Under the pieces are notes generated by a model that was given only the letters and a program-made list of their open reading frames with translations, was not told where the DNA came from and searched no databases. A program made the position numbers and the translations under genes. 64,000 nucleotides of DNA from a virus (lineage: Duplodnaviria > Caudoviricetes), in the IMG/VR virus record IMGVR_UViG_3300035208_003026, positions 128,001 through 192,000 of that record; one strand, written 5' to 3'. Positions 38,396 through 48,300 of this stretch are shown one piece after another. How positions within the stretch are numbered: position 1 is the first letter of the stretch; each line of letters begins with the position of its first letter.

Positions 38396-41300
38396 ATGGC
38401 GGATCAAAAGTTTACTTTCAAAGAAGCACACGAGATTGCACTTCAGTATTTTCGCGGAGGAGAAATCTCCGCATCTGTGTATCTGAATAAATACGCAATG
38501 AAGGACAACGATGCAAACATCGTTGAACCAACTCCAGACTACATGCATAGAAGGCTTGCTGGAGAATTTGCTAGAATAGACTCAGAGAAGTATGGTCTAA
38601 ACTATCAAGAACGATATGATGTTTACTTTTCCGCCATGAAAGACTTCGGCCGTATCGTTCCGCAAGGATCGGTCATGGCTGCAGTTGGTAATCCATATCA
38701 AGTAATGTCTGCGTCTAACTGTGTTGTAGAAGCATCTCCTGAAGATTCTATTTCTGGAATCTTCAGAACTGCTCACAATTTAGCTCAGTTGTATAAGAGA
38801 CGTTGTGTTGCAGAGGGATCTAAAGTTGTTACAAAAGAGCATGGACCGATTAATATCGAAAATGTTCTTCCTGGTATGCATATTCTATCTTTTGATATTG
38901 ATGAACAAAAGACGGTTTATAACAAGGTCTTGGACAAATTTGAGTCTAATGTTAATGAAGATGATAGAATTATCGTAAGATATTCAAATGGTACAGAGCT
39001 AAGAACATCCAAGAAACATCCAATTCTTGAGTTTGGCGAGCAAGGTTTCGGTTACACTGAAGCTGGTAACATTAAAGCAGGAAGTATCAATGTTCGACCA
39101 GAAAATATCAATCTAACTGATTTGAATACTGGAGATTGGGATATTAACGCCACAGACGCACACGATCTTGCATGGTTTGTTGGTGCTCATATTGGTGATG
39201 GGTCTGCTGATTATGTTGTTACTGGTGATGATCGTGGTCGATATGATAGGATTCGTTTTAGAATCTCAGGTGACAATGAAGAGGTTGTGGAACAGTACAG
39301 GAACATTCATAATCATCTGACTACTAATTCAGCAAATTACCATAAGTCATATCGTACAGATTATCAGACGACATGTTGGGAGTTTTCATCAGCTGTAAAG
39401 GCAAATGAGGATATTCTCAATGAGTTGATAGGTAATCAGGTTGGGTCTAAGACGTATTCTGCGTTTGTTCCTAACTCGATTGATTCTGACTTTAAAATGT
39501 GGTCATTCATAGCTGGTCTTATTGATACAGATGGAACAGTTAAACAAGATGGGCAGCAGATTGTTATTGGCATCTGTGCCAGGAAGGTGATCGATCAGGT
39601 GGCTGTATTTTTACAGTCCAAGGGAATTAGTACACATCTGATTGTTCGTGACGATGTTCGCGATAATGAACATACCATTTACCAATTGTGTATTCATTAT
39701 GATATGAATCTATGGGATGGTTTAGCGAACCGCATGGCTCATGATGAAAAACGAAATGCTCTTCGTGTTTACTTGTATGAGAATATGACTAAGCAGCATT
39801 CGTTGCGAAAGCCAATTAATCAGAGTGAATATGAACACATTCTTAAACATTATGATTGTCTTACAAAAGACTGGAAAAATCCTAATCATAAACTTTTAGC
39901 AGCGAACATCTATTACATGAAAAAGGCAGATGTTCGTGGAGTTGGTAAAACGTTTTTGAATCAGCTTGTTGATTTTGGAGTCTTTTCTAAGGATGAGGCT
40001 GATTCTATAGTTAGCAGAGTATCTGTAATTGAGGTTGTTCAGGATACCGAGTCAAAAAAGTATTATGACATTGAAGTTGAGAATACAAACAATTTCTATT
40101 GTGGTAATGGTGGGTTGGTTTTAATTCATAACTGCGGTGTTGGTTTTGATCTTTCAAGCCTACGTCCAGAAGGTTCGAGTGTCAATAATGCCGCTCGTAC
40201 AACTACTGGTGCCTGGAGTTTTGCAGATTTATATTCTACTGTAACTCGTTTGGTTGGTCAAGCGGGTCGTCGTGGAGCCTTGATGCTTACAATGGATGTT
40301 CATCATCCTGATGTGCTCAAGTTTGCTACAATGAAGCATGACCTAACCAAGGTTACTGGGGCAAATATTTCTTTGCGTTTGAGTGATGAATTCCTCAAGG
40401 CAGTTGATGAGGGTACTGATTATGAGGTTCGTTGGCCTGTTAACGATCCTAATCCAAAGATTCGTAAACGAGTGGATGCTCGCAAGGTTTGGGAAGTTAT
40501 TGTAGAGTCTGCTACGAAGAGTGCAGAGCCTGGTCTTATTCTTTGGACTAATGCTGTTCGAACTCTTCCTGCTCATTGCTATCCTCAATTCGTTTCTGTT
40601 TCTACAAACCCATGTTCCGAGATTATTCTTTCGGCTTCTGATAGCTGCCGATTGATTTCAATGAACTTGACTGCTTATATTCGTAATGCTTTTGAAAGAG
40701 ATGCATTCTTCGACTTTGAAGCATTTAAGAAAGATGCTGCTATCGCAGCTCAAATGGGTGACAATCTTGTTGACCTAGAAATTGAGCTGATTGATAGAAT
40801 CATCAATACCATTAAATCTACAGCAACAACGCTTGAAGATTCAGAGTGGGAAATTGAGATCTGGAAGAAGCTACGTAAAGCTGGTCATGATGGTCGTCGT
40901 ACTGGTCTAGGAACTCATGGTCTTGCAGATGCTCTCGCACAGCTTCGGCTTCGATATGATTCGGATGATGCAAATGCAATGGTAGATCAAATCTATCGCC
41001 ACTTCAAGGAATCCATTTATCAAGCTTCTGCTGACTTAGCAAAGATTCGTGGACCATTCCCTGCGTTTGATCCTAAATATGAAGTTGGTCATCCTTTCAT
41101 CTCTGCATTGCCTGAGAGCACTCAGCGAGAAATGATGGAGAGTGGTCGTCGAAATATTTCGATGCTAACTCAAGCACCTACTGGTTCGGTGTCAATCATC
41201 TCAAAGGTTGGCGAGTTTGATCTATTCAATGTGTCATCTGGTGTTGAGCCTGTCTTCCGCGTTGCTTATACAAGACGTAAGAAGGTTAATCCAGATGATG

Positions 41301-42400
41301 AGGGATCGAGAGTAGATTTCAGAGATGCCAACGGGGATTGCTGGCAAGAATATAGAATCTTCTCTGGTAATGCAAAGGCTTATCTTGATAAGTTTGGTCT
41401 TGATGAGGATACGAAGCTTCCAGAGTTTTTTGTCAGTTCTGATGAGATTAACTGGACAAAGCGTATTCGTATTCAGGCAACTGAACAGAGACATATCGAT
41501 CACTCCATTTCAAGTACCATTAACCTTCCGGCTGGTACGCCTAACTCTGTTGTTGCTGAGTTGTATTTAGAAGCTTGGAAACAGGGTTTGAAGGGTGTTA
41601 CTGTTTATGTTGATGGTTCAAGAGATGGTGTGCTTGTTACTGGAGAAAAGCAAGCCCTGAAGTGTGACAATTATCTGATCGGACATTACAATCAGGTATT
41701 TGATAAGGATGGTTTTGAACTCTGGGATGCTTTTGATCAGAAATTCCAGGAGATTTCTAAGAAGCTCAGGGACATCGCAGAGGCCAAGAGAAATGCTCAG
41801 GCTAACTTCGATTGGAATGCTGCTGAAGCTGTGGAGTTTCCAAAAATGCGAAAGCAAGATGTTTATGATGTTTTTGCACCAATCTTCAGTGATCCTGAGC
41901 GTGCTTACGCTCCTAAACGTCCAGCAGTCTTAGAATCTAAAACTCATAAGATCAGGATTGATTTTGGAAATGGTGAACCAAGGAATGCTTATGTTACAGT
42001 TTCCTTCTTCCCCAACTCCAAGCGACCATACGAGATTCTTGTTCAGGCTCCTAACTTTGGGCTTGGAGAAAAGGATCTTCAAATCCTGGAGTTGACTGCT
42101 CGAACAACATCCATGAATCTAAGACATGGAGTGCCGATTCCATTCATTTGTGAGCAGCTTGATAAGATTGGCGGACAGTATCTGTTCTCTCTTCCAACCA
42201 ATATTGCAAGAGTTCTTCGCCATTATGCTGGTGAAGAGGAGCTTGTGGAAGATGAGGGTGCTGATATTGAAGAGTTTGACCGTAAGAATGCGGTATCTCT
42301 TGAGAAATGTCCATCATGTGGCCAGCGTACTTATAGAAGAACTGGTGCTGCTTGTGGGCATTGCGAAAATCCGAAGTGTACTTATAGTAGTTGCGGATGA
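38396..42400 (+). CDS. nrdJ: Class II (B12-dependent) ribonucleotide reductase with intein and C-terminal TSCPD/Zn-ribbon
   Basis: NKYAMKD, SNC, GRRGALM, TGANIS, EPG, TNPCSEI, GRRTGLG, APTGS, SSTINLP, KGVTVY.DGSR, PKRP, CPSC...C..C...SSCG. Confidence 0.92.
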   Translation: MADQKFTFKEAHEIALQYFRGGEISASVYLNKYAMKDNDANIVEPTPDYMHRRLAGEFARIDSEKYGLNYQERYDVYFSAMKDFGRIVPQGSVMAAVGNPYQVMSASNCVVEASPEDSISGIFRTAHNLAQLYKRRCVAEGSKVVTKEHGPINIENVLPGMHILSFDIDEQKTVYNKVLDKFESNVNEDDRIIVRYSNGTELRTSKKHPILEFGEQGFGYTEAGNIKAGSINVRPENINLTDLNTGDWDINATDAHDLAWFVGAHIGDGSADYVVTGDDRGRYDRIRFRISGDNEEVVEQYRNIHNHLTTNSANYHKSYRTDYQTTCWEFSSAVKANEDILNELIGNQVGSKTYSAFVPNSIDSDFKMWSFIAGLIDTDGTVKQDGQQIVIGICARKVIDQVAVFLQSKGISTHLIVRDDVRDNEHTIYQLCIHYDMNLWDGLANRMAHDEKRNALRVYLYENMTKQHSLRKPINQSEYEHILKHYDCLTKDWKNPNHKLLAANIYYMKKADVRGVGKTFLNQLVDFGVFSKDEADSIVSRVSVIEVVQDTESKKYYDIEVENTNNFYCGNGGLVLIHNCGVGFDLSSLRPEGSSVNNAARTTTGAWSFADLYSTVTRLVGQAGRRGALMLTMDVHHPDVLKFATMKHDLTKVTGANISLRLSDEFLKAVDEGTDYEVRWPVNDPNPKIRKRVDARKVWEVIVESATKSAEPGLILWTNAVRTLPAHCYPQFVSVSTNPCSEIILSASDSCRLISMNLTAYIRNAFERDAFFDFEAFKKDAAIAAQMGDNLVDLEIELIDRIINTIKSTATTLEDSEWEIEIWKKLRKAGHDGRRTGLGTHGLADALAQLRLRYDSDDANAMVDQIYRHFKESIYQASADLAKIRGPFPAFDPKYEVGHPFISALPESTQREMMESGRRNISMLTQAPTGSVSIISKVGEFDLFNVSSGVEPVFRVAYTRRKKVNPDDEGSRVDFRDANGDCWQEYRIFSGNAKAYLDKFGLDEDTKLPEFFVSSDEINWTKRIRIQATEQRHIDHSISSTINLPAGTPNSVVAELYLEAWKQGLKGVTVYVDGSRDGVLVTGEKQALKCDNYLIGHYNQVFDKDGFELWDAFDQKFQEISKKLRDIAEAKRNAQANFDWNAAEAVEFPKMRKQDVYDVFAPIFSDPERAYAPKRPAVLESKTHKIRIDFGNGEPRNAYVTVSFFPNSKRPYEILVQAPNFGLGEKDLQILELTARTTSMNLRHGVPIPFICEQLDKIGGQYLFSLPTNIARVLRHYAGEEELVEDEGADIEEFDRKNAVSLEKCPSCGQRTYRRTGAACGHCENPKCTYSSCG
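38804..40132 (+). mobile_element. Intein (443 aa) with LAGLIDADG endonuclease in RNR
   Basis: KRR|CVAEGS..., TSKKH, VGAHIGDG, IAGLIDTDG, YYDIEV, IHN|CGVG. Confidence 0.95.
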
Positions 42401-42774
42401 TTGAACGTTCTGTTTATCTAGATAGAGAAGATTGCAAGCTCATCGAAGAGGAAGAGCGGAATCTTTTCGTGCGGGGCATCCTGGAAGCAATGGGTGTTCC
42501 GCTCGAAGAGGCTTGGCCGGATATATCTCTTTCGGTCGAGCAGAAAATCAAACTTAGAGGTCTTCTTGGTAAATTGGAGATGGAAATTATCGATGATGGA
42601 GATAGAGGATATACTATCTATCATCAAAATACAAAACTTGCAGAATGGTTTAAACCAAGATTTATCTTACGAGAAGATAAAGGGGCGAGAATTCTTAACA
42701 AGAAACTTTACTATGAGATGGTCATAAAAACTTGGAGTGTTTTTGACCAACAGGAGAATAATACTAATGACTAG
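42397..42774 (+). CDS. Hypothetical protein
   Basis: ATGA overlap with the nrdJ stop. Confidence 0.6.
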   Translation: MIERSVYLDREDCKLIEEEERNLFVRGILEAMGVPLEEAWPDISLSVEQKIKLRGLLGKLEMEIIDDGDRGYTIYHQNTKLAEWFKPRFILREDKGARILNKKLYYEMVIKTWSVFDQQENNTND

Positions 42775-43108
42775 AGTAACCGAAATTAGCAAAGAACAGT
42801 TGGCACCTATCGTTACGGCTCGCACCAAGACCATTGAATTGGCCCAGGCTGCTGAGCAGGCAATCAAGGATGCGCGTATGGCCGAGTTGGAGTTTAAGGT
42901 TCAGATTCAACAGCTTTACCTTGAGAAGGGTTTGGATTCCAATTGTCGAGTTGACATCAATACCGGTGCTGTAACTTGGCCAGATGTTGCTATTCAGGCA
43001 GTTGCCGTTGCTGTAGAAGAAGATGTCAAGTCAGAGGAAGTAAAACCACGTAAGAAGGCAAAGAAAAAGGACACGGTTGTAGTTGATGAAGATGAGACAA
43101 CTGTCTAA
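42767..43108 (+). CDS. Hypothetical coiled-coil protein
   Basis: AGGAGA SD upstream of the ATG at 42767. Confidence 0.6.
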   Translation: MTRVTEISKEQLAPIVTARTKTIELAQAAEQAIKDARMAELEFKVQIQQLYLEKGLDSNCRVDINTGAVTWPDVAIQAVAVAVEEDVKSEEVKPRKKAKKKDTVVVDEDETTV

Positions 43109-43117
43109 GGATAAGTA

Positions 43118-43870
43118 ATGAAAATAACAGACCTTGCAGCATTAGTGCAAGTCCGCAACCATGTTTTGACAGTCATTAACGATAAATCTGTTACCAACAG
43201 AGATGATTTCAAGCCTCTTAATGAGGCAAGGATGAAGTTGGATAAGAAGTTTGTTGAGATTGTTAAAACACTAGATGTGGATTCGATTTTTCCTAACGAA
43301 CTTCTTCTTGTGAAGGTTAGTGGAAATCCAACATCTAAAGAACTTGAAACTTGGAGAGATCTTTTCGAAGCGTCTCGTAACGATCCTGATTTCAAGATCT
43401 TTACAAACGATGGTGTTTCTATTGTTCAACTTTCTATTGATCCAAAGTCTGAAGTAAGAGTTTGTCCAGCAATTGAGCCTAGAAGCATTGAGGTTTCCCC
43501 CAATATTTCAATTGCTAAGAAAGTACAGCTTAATCTTCCTTTTCAAACCCATGAAAAACCAGCTGATCCAACATTAAGCATTGCAGCTGATGTTTTGACA
43601 GAGGTTGCTAATGGTGAAATTAAGAAGCTTGAAGCAAATTTAGCTAAGCTTAAAGAGCAGAACGTTACAATTGCTCCCGCGGTATTGGCAGAGGCTGCAA
43701 AACCGATTCAGGCTCCTGAAGAGGAAAAGTTGGCGGTTGTTGAGAAAGTTAGAAAGACAAAACTAACAGAAGCATCGCAAGATCCTGATATTGCAGCAGC
43801 TATTGCTCGTCAAAAGGAAGAGTTGAAGATTCAGGGTCGTTCGAATAAGAAAGTTAAGAAGGATGATTAA
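43118..43870 (+). CDS. Hypothetical protein
   Basis: AAGGA SD; 250-aa ORF. Confidence 0.6.
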   Translation: MKITDLAALVQVRNHVLTVINDKSVTNRDDFKPLNEARMKLDKKFVEIVKTLDVDSIFPNELLLVKVSGNPTSKELETWRDLFEASRNDPDFKIFTNDGVSIVQLSIDPKSEVRVCPAIEPRSIEVSPNISIAKKVQLNLPFQTHEKPADPTLSIAADVLTEVANGEIKKLEANLAKLKEQNVTIAPAVLAEAAKPIQAPEEEKLAVVEKVRKTKLTEASQDPDIAAAIARQKEELKIQGRSNKKVKKDD

Positions 43871-44666
43871 TAAAGGTGAGCTTATTCCGTTAAAGGATAA
43901 GCTCTGGTTAACTAAACAAAAACACGCCGGTCGTGTCGTTGCGAAATCCCATCAAGAGATTTTTGGGATGATCAAGGGCATGGCCAGTGGCCTTTCTCTT
44001 AAGGTATTAGGAGATGTTGTAGAAGAAATCATTCGAAAGAATGATTGTATACCAACGTTTCTTAACTATCAAGGGTTTCCAAGTCCTATTTGTGCATCTT
44101 TGAATAATGAAATTGTTCATGGGTTTGCTCGTGACATTAAATTGCAAGATGGAGATGTTCTAAAGGTTGATATTGGTGCAACTTTTGAAGGTGCAATTGC
44201 GGATTGTGCATTTACTTATGTTTTTGGTAAGTTGAAGAATCCAGAGATTGGGAGAATGCTTGTTTCATGTCAGCAAGCTCTGTATGATGCTATAGATGTT
44301 GTAAAGCCCGGAAAACAAATAGGCGTAATCGGAAAAGCTATTTGGGAAAGATCAAAAACTGATGGCTTTGGTGTAATTACTACCTATGGTGGACATGGTA
44401 TTAGTTATAATAAGCTACATGATTCACCATTTATCTCTAATAAATCAAGTGAGAATCTAGGAATTACAATTCAGCCAGGAATGTCATTTGCAATAGAACC
44501 AATGTTTGTACTTGGTACCAATACTAATACCAAAACTCTAAAGGATAAATGGACAGTGATTACTAAAGATATAGGATGTCATTATGAACACTCTATTACC
44601 CTTGATGATGATGGAAACTTACATATCATTACAGATCATGGTCTAAGTGCAAAGAATTTTCTGTAA
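43863..44666 (+). CDS. map: Methionine aminopeptidase, type I
   Basis: FLNYQGFP..ICASLNNEIVHG, VDIG, ADCA, GGHGI, H, IEPM, HYEHSI. Confidence 0.93.
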   Translation: MINKGELIPLKDKLWLTKQKHAGRVVAKSHQEIFGMIKGMASGLSLKVLGDVVEEIIRKNDCIPTFLNYQGFPSPICASLNNEIVHGFARDIKLQDGDVLKVDIGATFEGAIADCAFTYVFGKLKNPEIGRMLVSCQQALYDAIDVVKPGKQIGVIGKAIWERSKTDGFGVITTYGGHGISYNKLHDSPFISNKSSENLGITIQPGMSFAIEPMFVLGTNTNTKTLKDKWTVITKDIGCHYEHSITLDDDGNLHIITDHGLSAKNFL

Positions 44667-44684
44667 AGAAATAAGGGGTCGAGG

Positions 44685-44942
44685 ATGAAAATCGTTTTCG
44701 ATGATGGTGGGTACATTGAGTTTCAGCGATCTAAGAAAGCACATCATGTTTTTGTGATGATTGCTGCAAAAGATTCAACTAACCCATTGAAACTATTAGT
44801 AAATTCTGCTGAGATTCAACTTAGTCAATTGATAGAGGCCGTAAAATCAGTATCAGGCCCGTTAATGTTAGAAGGAAAGACCAATGACCAAAACAATCAA
44901 GACAGCCAAGACATCACTCCAGACAATTCAGAACATTCATAG
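44685..44942 (+). CDS. Hypothetical protein
   Basis: GGGG/GAGG SD. Confidence 0.55.
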   Translation: MKIVFDDGGYIEFQRSKKAHHVFVMIAAKDSTNPLKLLVNSAEIQLSQLIEAVKSVSGPLMLEGKTNDQNNQDSQDITPDNSEHS

Positions 44943-45210
44943 CCGTAAGCTGACGAATAATACCCAAAGGGTAGGTCTGCGGTTGTTAACCGCAGCCGGA
45001 GAGTGGATTCCCCGTTCTCAGCTTGCCAGGATTCCATCTGCCACTGCTCGTGTTCGGGATCTTCGCAAGGAGCAGTTTGGGTCATTACAGGTTGAATGTA
45101 GAAGTTCTGATGACTTAAAAAAGAAGACTTCCAAGAGGACGTTTTATTATCGAATCAACGCAAGCCGAGTTACCAAAAAGCAGTTAGACAAGCTATTTCC
45201 AACAGTATAA
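44884..45210 (+). CDS. Winged-helix DNA-binding protein (putative)
   Basis: LRLL...GEWI...L.....ARVRDLRK...G..VEC...FYYRI pattern; basic protein. Confidence 0.55.
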   Translation: MTKTIKTAKTSLQTIQNIHSRKLTNNTQRVGLRLLTAAGEWIPRSQLARIPSATARVRDLRKEQFGSLQVECRSSDDLKKKTSKRTFYYRINASRVTKKQLDKLFPTV

Positions 45211-45237
45211 TACGTAACTAGATTCTAAAAGCATAAG

Positions 45238-45270
45238 AGCCCCAGAAGATTTTTCCTTCTGGGGCTTTTT
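45238..45270 (+). terminator. Rho-independent terminator
   Basis: AGCCCCAGAAG-loop-CTTCTGGGGCT followed by a T-run. Confidence 0.85.
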
Positions 45271-45326
45271 CGTTGCGCATAATCAGGAATATACTTGAAA
45301 AACACCCTGAATCAGGCTGAGGACTA

Positions 45327-48300
45327 ATGGTACTACCTTATGTAAATCCAGATGGAGTGAACCCGTCTTTTGTCTATACTCGATACCCGTGTGACTTTGA
45401 CGATCCTCGTCCTACGGATACTCGTGGTTTACCTGTTACAGTAGATAATAAAACACCTGTAAAAGCTGAAGTTGTAAACAGACAAAGAGAGTCAATTCTA
45501 GCTATTGAAGCTGAACTAGGCATTCAGCCAAGTGGTACTTTTACAACTGTACGAGCGCGTCTTGATGCTTTAGATTCACTTATTTGGGAATCTGATGGCT
45601 ATGTTGAAGGACCAAGTTCATCTACTTATAACGCAATTGCCAGGTTTGAAGACAGTACAGGAAAATTAATTCAGAATTCTGTAGTAACAATATCTGATAC
45701 TGGAGATATACAAGGGGCAACGATTGACGGATATAATATTCCTGATATTGCTTATGATGTTGCTAATATTAATCTAACATCACTTAATGATGTTAATGGA
45801 ATTACAAGCCCTCTTGATGGATACTATCTCAGAGGAAATGGATCTTATTGGCAAGGTAGAGTTTTTTCAAATGATGTTTTGTCCTTGGCTGATGTTAAAG
45901 GAGCTTCATCATCAACAGATAATGCTATTGCCAGGTTTAATTTAACTACAGGAAAATTAATTCAGAATTCTTTGGTAACAATATCTGATACTGGAATTAT
46001 TGATGGCGTAAATTCTGTATCACTTAATTTATTACCTAATGGATCTTATCCATCTTGGCAAGAAGGTTTGATATTCTATGATTCAACAAATCATACTCTT
46101 GTTGCTTATAATGATCAATCTGATGTAACTCAACAAATAGGACAAGAATTCTATTTGAGAATTGTCAATAAAACAGGAGTTATTATTCCTAATGGTTCTG
46201 TTGTATACGTAAATGGAGCACAAGAAAATCGTCCAACAGTTGCTTTAGCTCAGGCAAATGATCCTGTAAAGGTATTAGCAACTGGTATAGCTACTCATGA
46301 TATTGCAATCAATCAGGAAGGTTTAATAACAATTAAAGGCACAGTAAATGGTATTGATACTAGAGCGTTTACGGCCGGTGACTTTCTTTACGTTAGTCCA
46401 AGTGTTGCTGGTGGTTTAACAAATATCAAACCACTTGGTCAACATTATGTTTGGTTTGTTGGTGTTGCTTTAAATAGTACTGTTAATGGATCTGTTGTTG
46501 TTAGTACGCAAGGGCCTATTAATCTAACATCGCTTCATGATGTTAATGGTATTTCTTCAGCTCTTGATGGATATTATCTCAGAGGAGATGGAACGATTTG
46601 GGAAGGACGCGAATTCTCAAGTGATGTTCTTGAATTAGCTGATGTTAAAGGACCAGTATCATCAACAGATAATGCTATTGCTAGATTTGATTTAAGTACA
46701 GGAAAATTAATTCAGAATTCTGTAGTAACAATATCTGATACTGGAAATATCCAAGGAGCAACAATTGATGGATATAATATTCCTGATATTGTTTATGATG
46801 TTGCTTATAATGTCACCTATCGCGATTCATTGCATGTTGCTGGTCGTGCCGAACTTCCGCAGGTAGCGCAGGCTCGTGTGGGGAGCCATGTGACGTGCGG
46901 AAATCTCGGTGACGAGTTTGTAGCTATAGCAGCCAATACTTATCCTATCGATAAAGAGTTCGTGATTGCGTCCATCGCGTCGCCTGGTGTTCAGTGGGTT
47001 TGGCGGAATCCTGAAACTGGGCGGTTGGGATTCGATCCTTCGGAATCCCTGAAATGGGTTTGTGCATTAAGTGCAGAACGTATTTTACTTCGACACAACG
47101 CAGGTACAATTACCGATGCTATTGTTGATGGCGGATGGGCGGCTTCGACTGGTGAGCAATTAACGGCTGGATACGGTGGAACACCAACACTTTCAGAATC
47201 ATTGTACGGAGGCAAGCCTGGACTATCATTCGATACTAGTTCGTGGATAAAATTTGTACTACCAGATCGTTGTCATCCCGATGCGAATTGGGGTTATTTG
47301 TGTTCAACACAATTAACGGACGATGCGCTTACTGCAAACCATAACGTTCTTGATGTTGATTCTGGTGCTACTGATACTGACACGTACCGTCTCGGTATCT
47401 ATGATGCGTCTGAAATGTTTCACGTAATGGTAACTGATTCGACGACGCGGTTCAATAGCGTTGCAAACGATGAATTGTACATGGCTCCAATTCGTGGGCC
47501 GTCATTATTGAATGAGCACAGACAGACGTTCGGGTTCTTTAGTGATACTGGTTACACTACGTATTGTAATTGCCGTCCTGGATATACAAAATCTAAAATC
47601 GTAACGACGTATATTGGCGATACAGCCCCTGTTGTTTATATAAATGTGCAGGCGAACGGGGCGAATATTGGTTCTCAGGTTTTCAACAGGATCGATTTTT
47701 TTAACGGATATCCTGGTGATCTTTATCTTCGAAACTATGATCGATACGTTAATGCCGGTCTGCCTGATATACGTGTAATCTGCATTGGGGACTCAATAAC
47801 ATGGGGAGCCGGTTTATCGAACGAGCAAAGTTGGCCAGTTCTGCTGTCATCTGACAGCTCTATCGCTGCAGGTTTTGATTCCAATGGTGTAACAGCTCAT
47901 TATAACGTCGAAAATCTTGGTATTTCCGGCTGGCAAACAGGCAATGTGATTCAAGCGCTATCAAGTAGGATTGGTCCATTTGTGCCATTCGAAGGTCGTG
48001 TGCGAAACGGGAGAACGATCACAATTGTTCTCATCGGGATCAATGACGTAATAGTAACTCCGGCAGGTACAGATATTGGGGAGCGTGCAGCTGAAATTTC
48101 TGATCGAATCTACGAGATTTGCGACCGATTAACACCACAAGGCGCATATGTGATCTTGCAAACGTTGTTACCAGCCACCAGTGCGTGGTTGGACACTGAT
48201 AAACAATCGATACGAACTAGTATCAATAATACAATTATTAATAGTGGAACAAACCATGCAGATTCTGTTTTTCAGTCTCACATCATATCTGGTTTAACTG

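Noticed and set aside
45609-46805. Diversity-generating retroelement TR/VR pair
   Set aside because: The repeats are all inside one ORF near its N-terminus, the differences are not confined to adenines, and there is no reverse transcriptase in the window.
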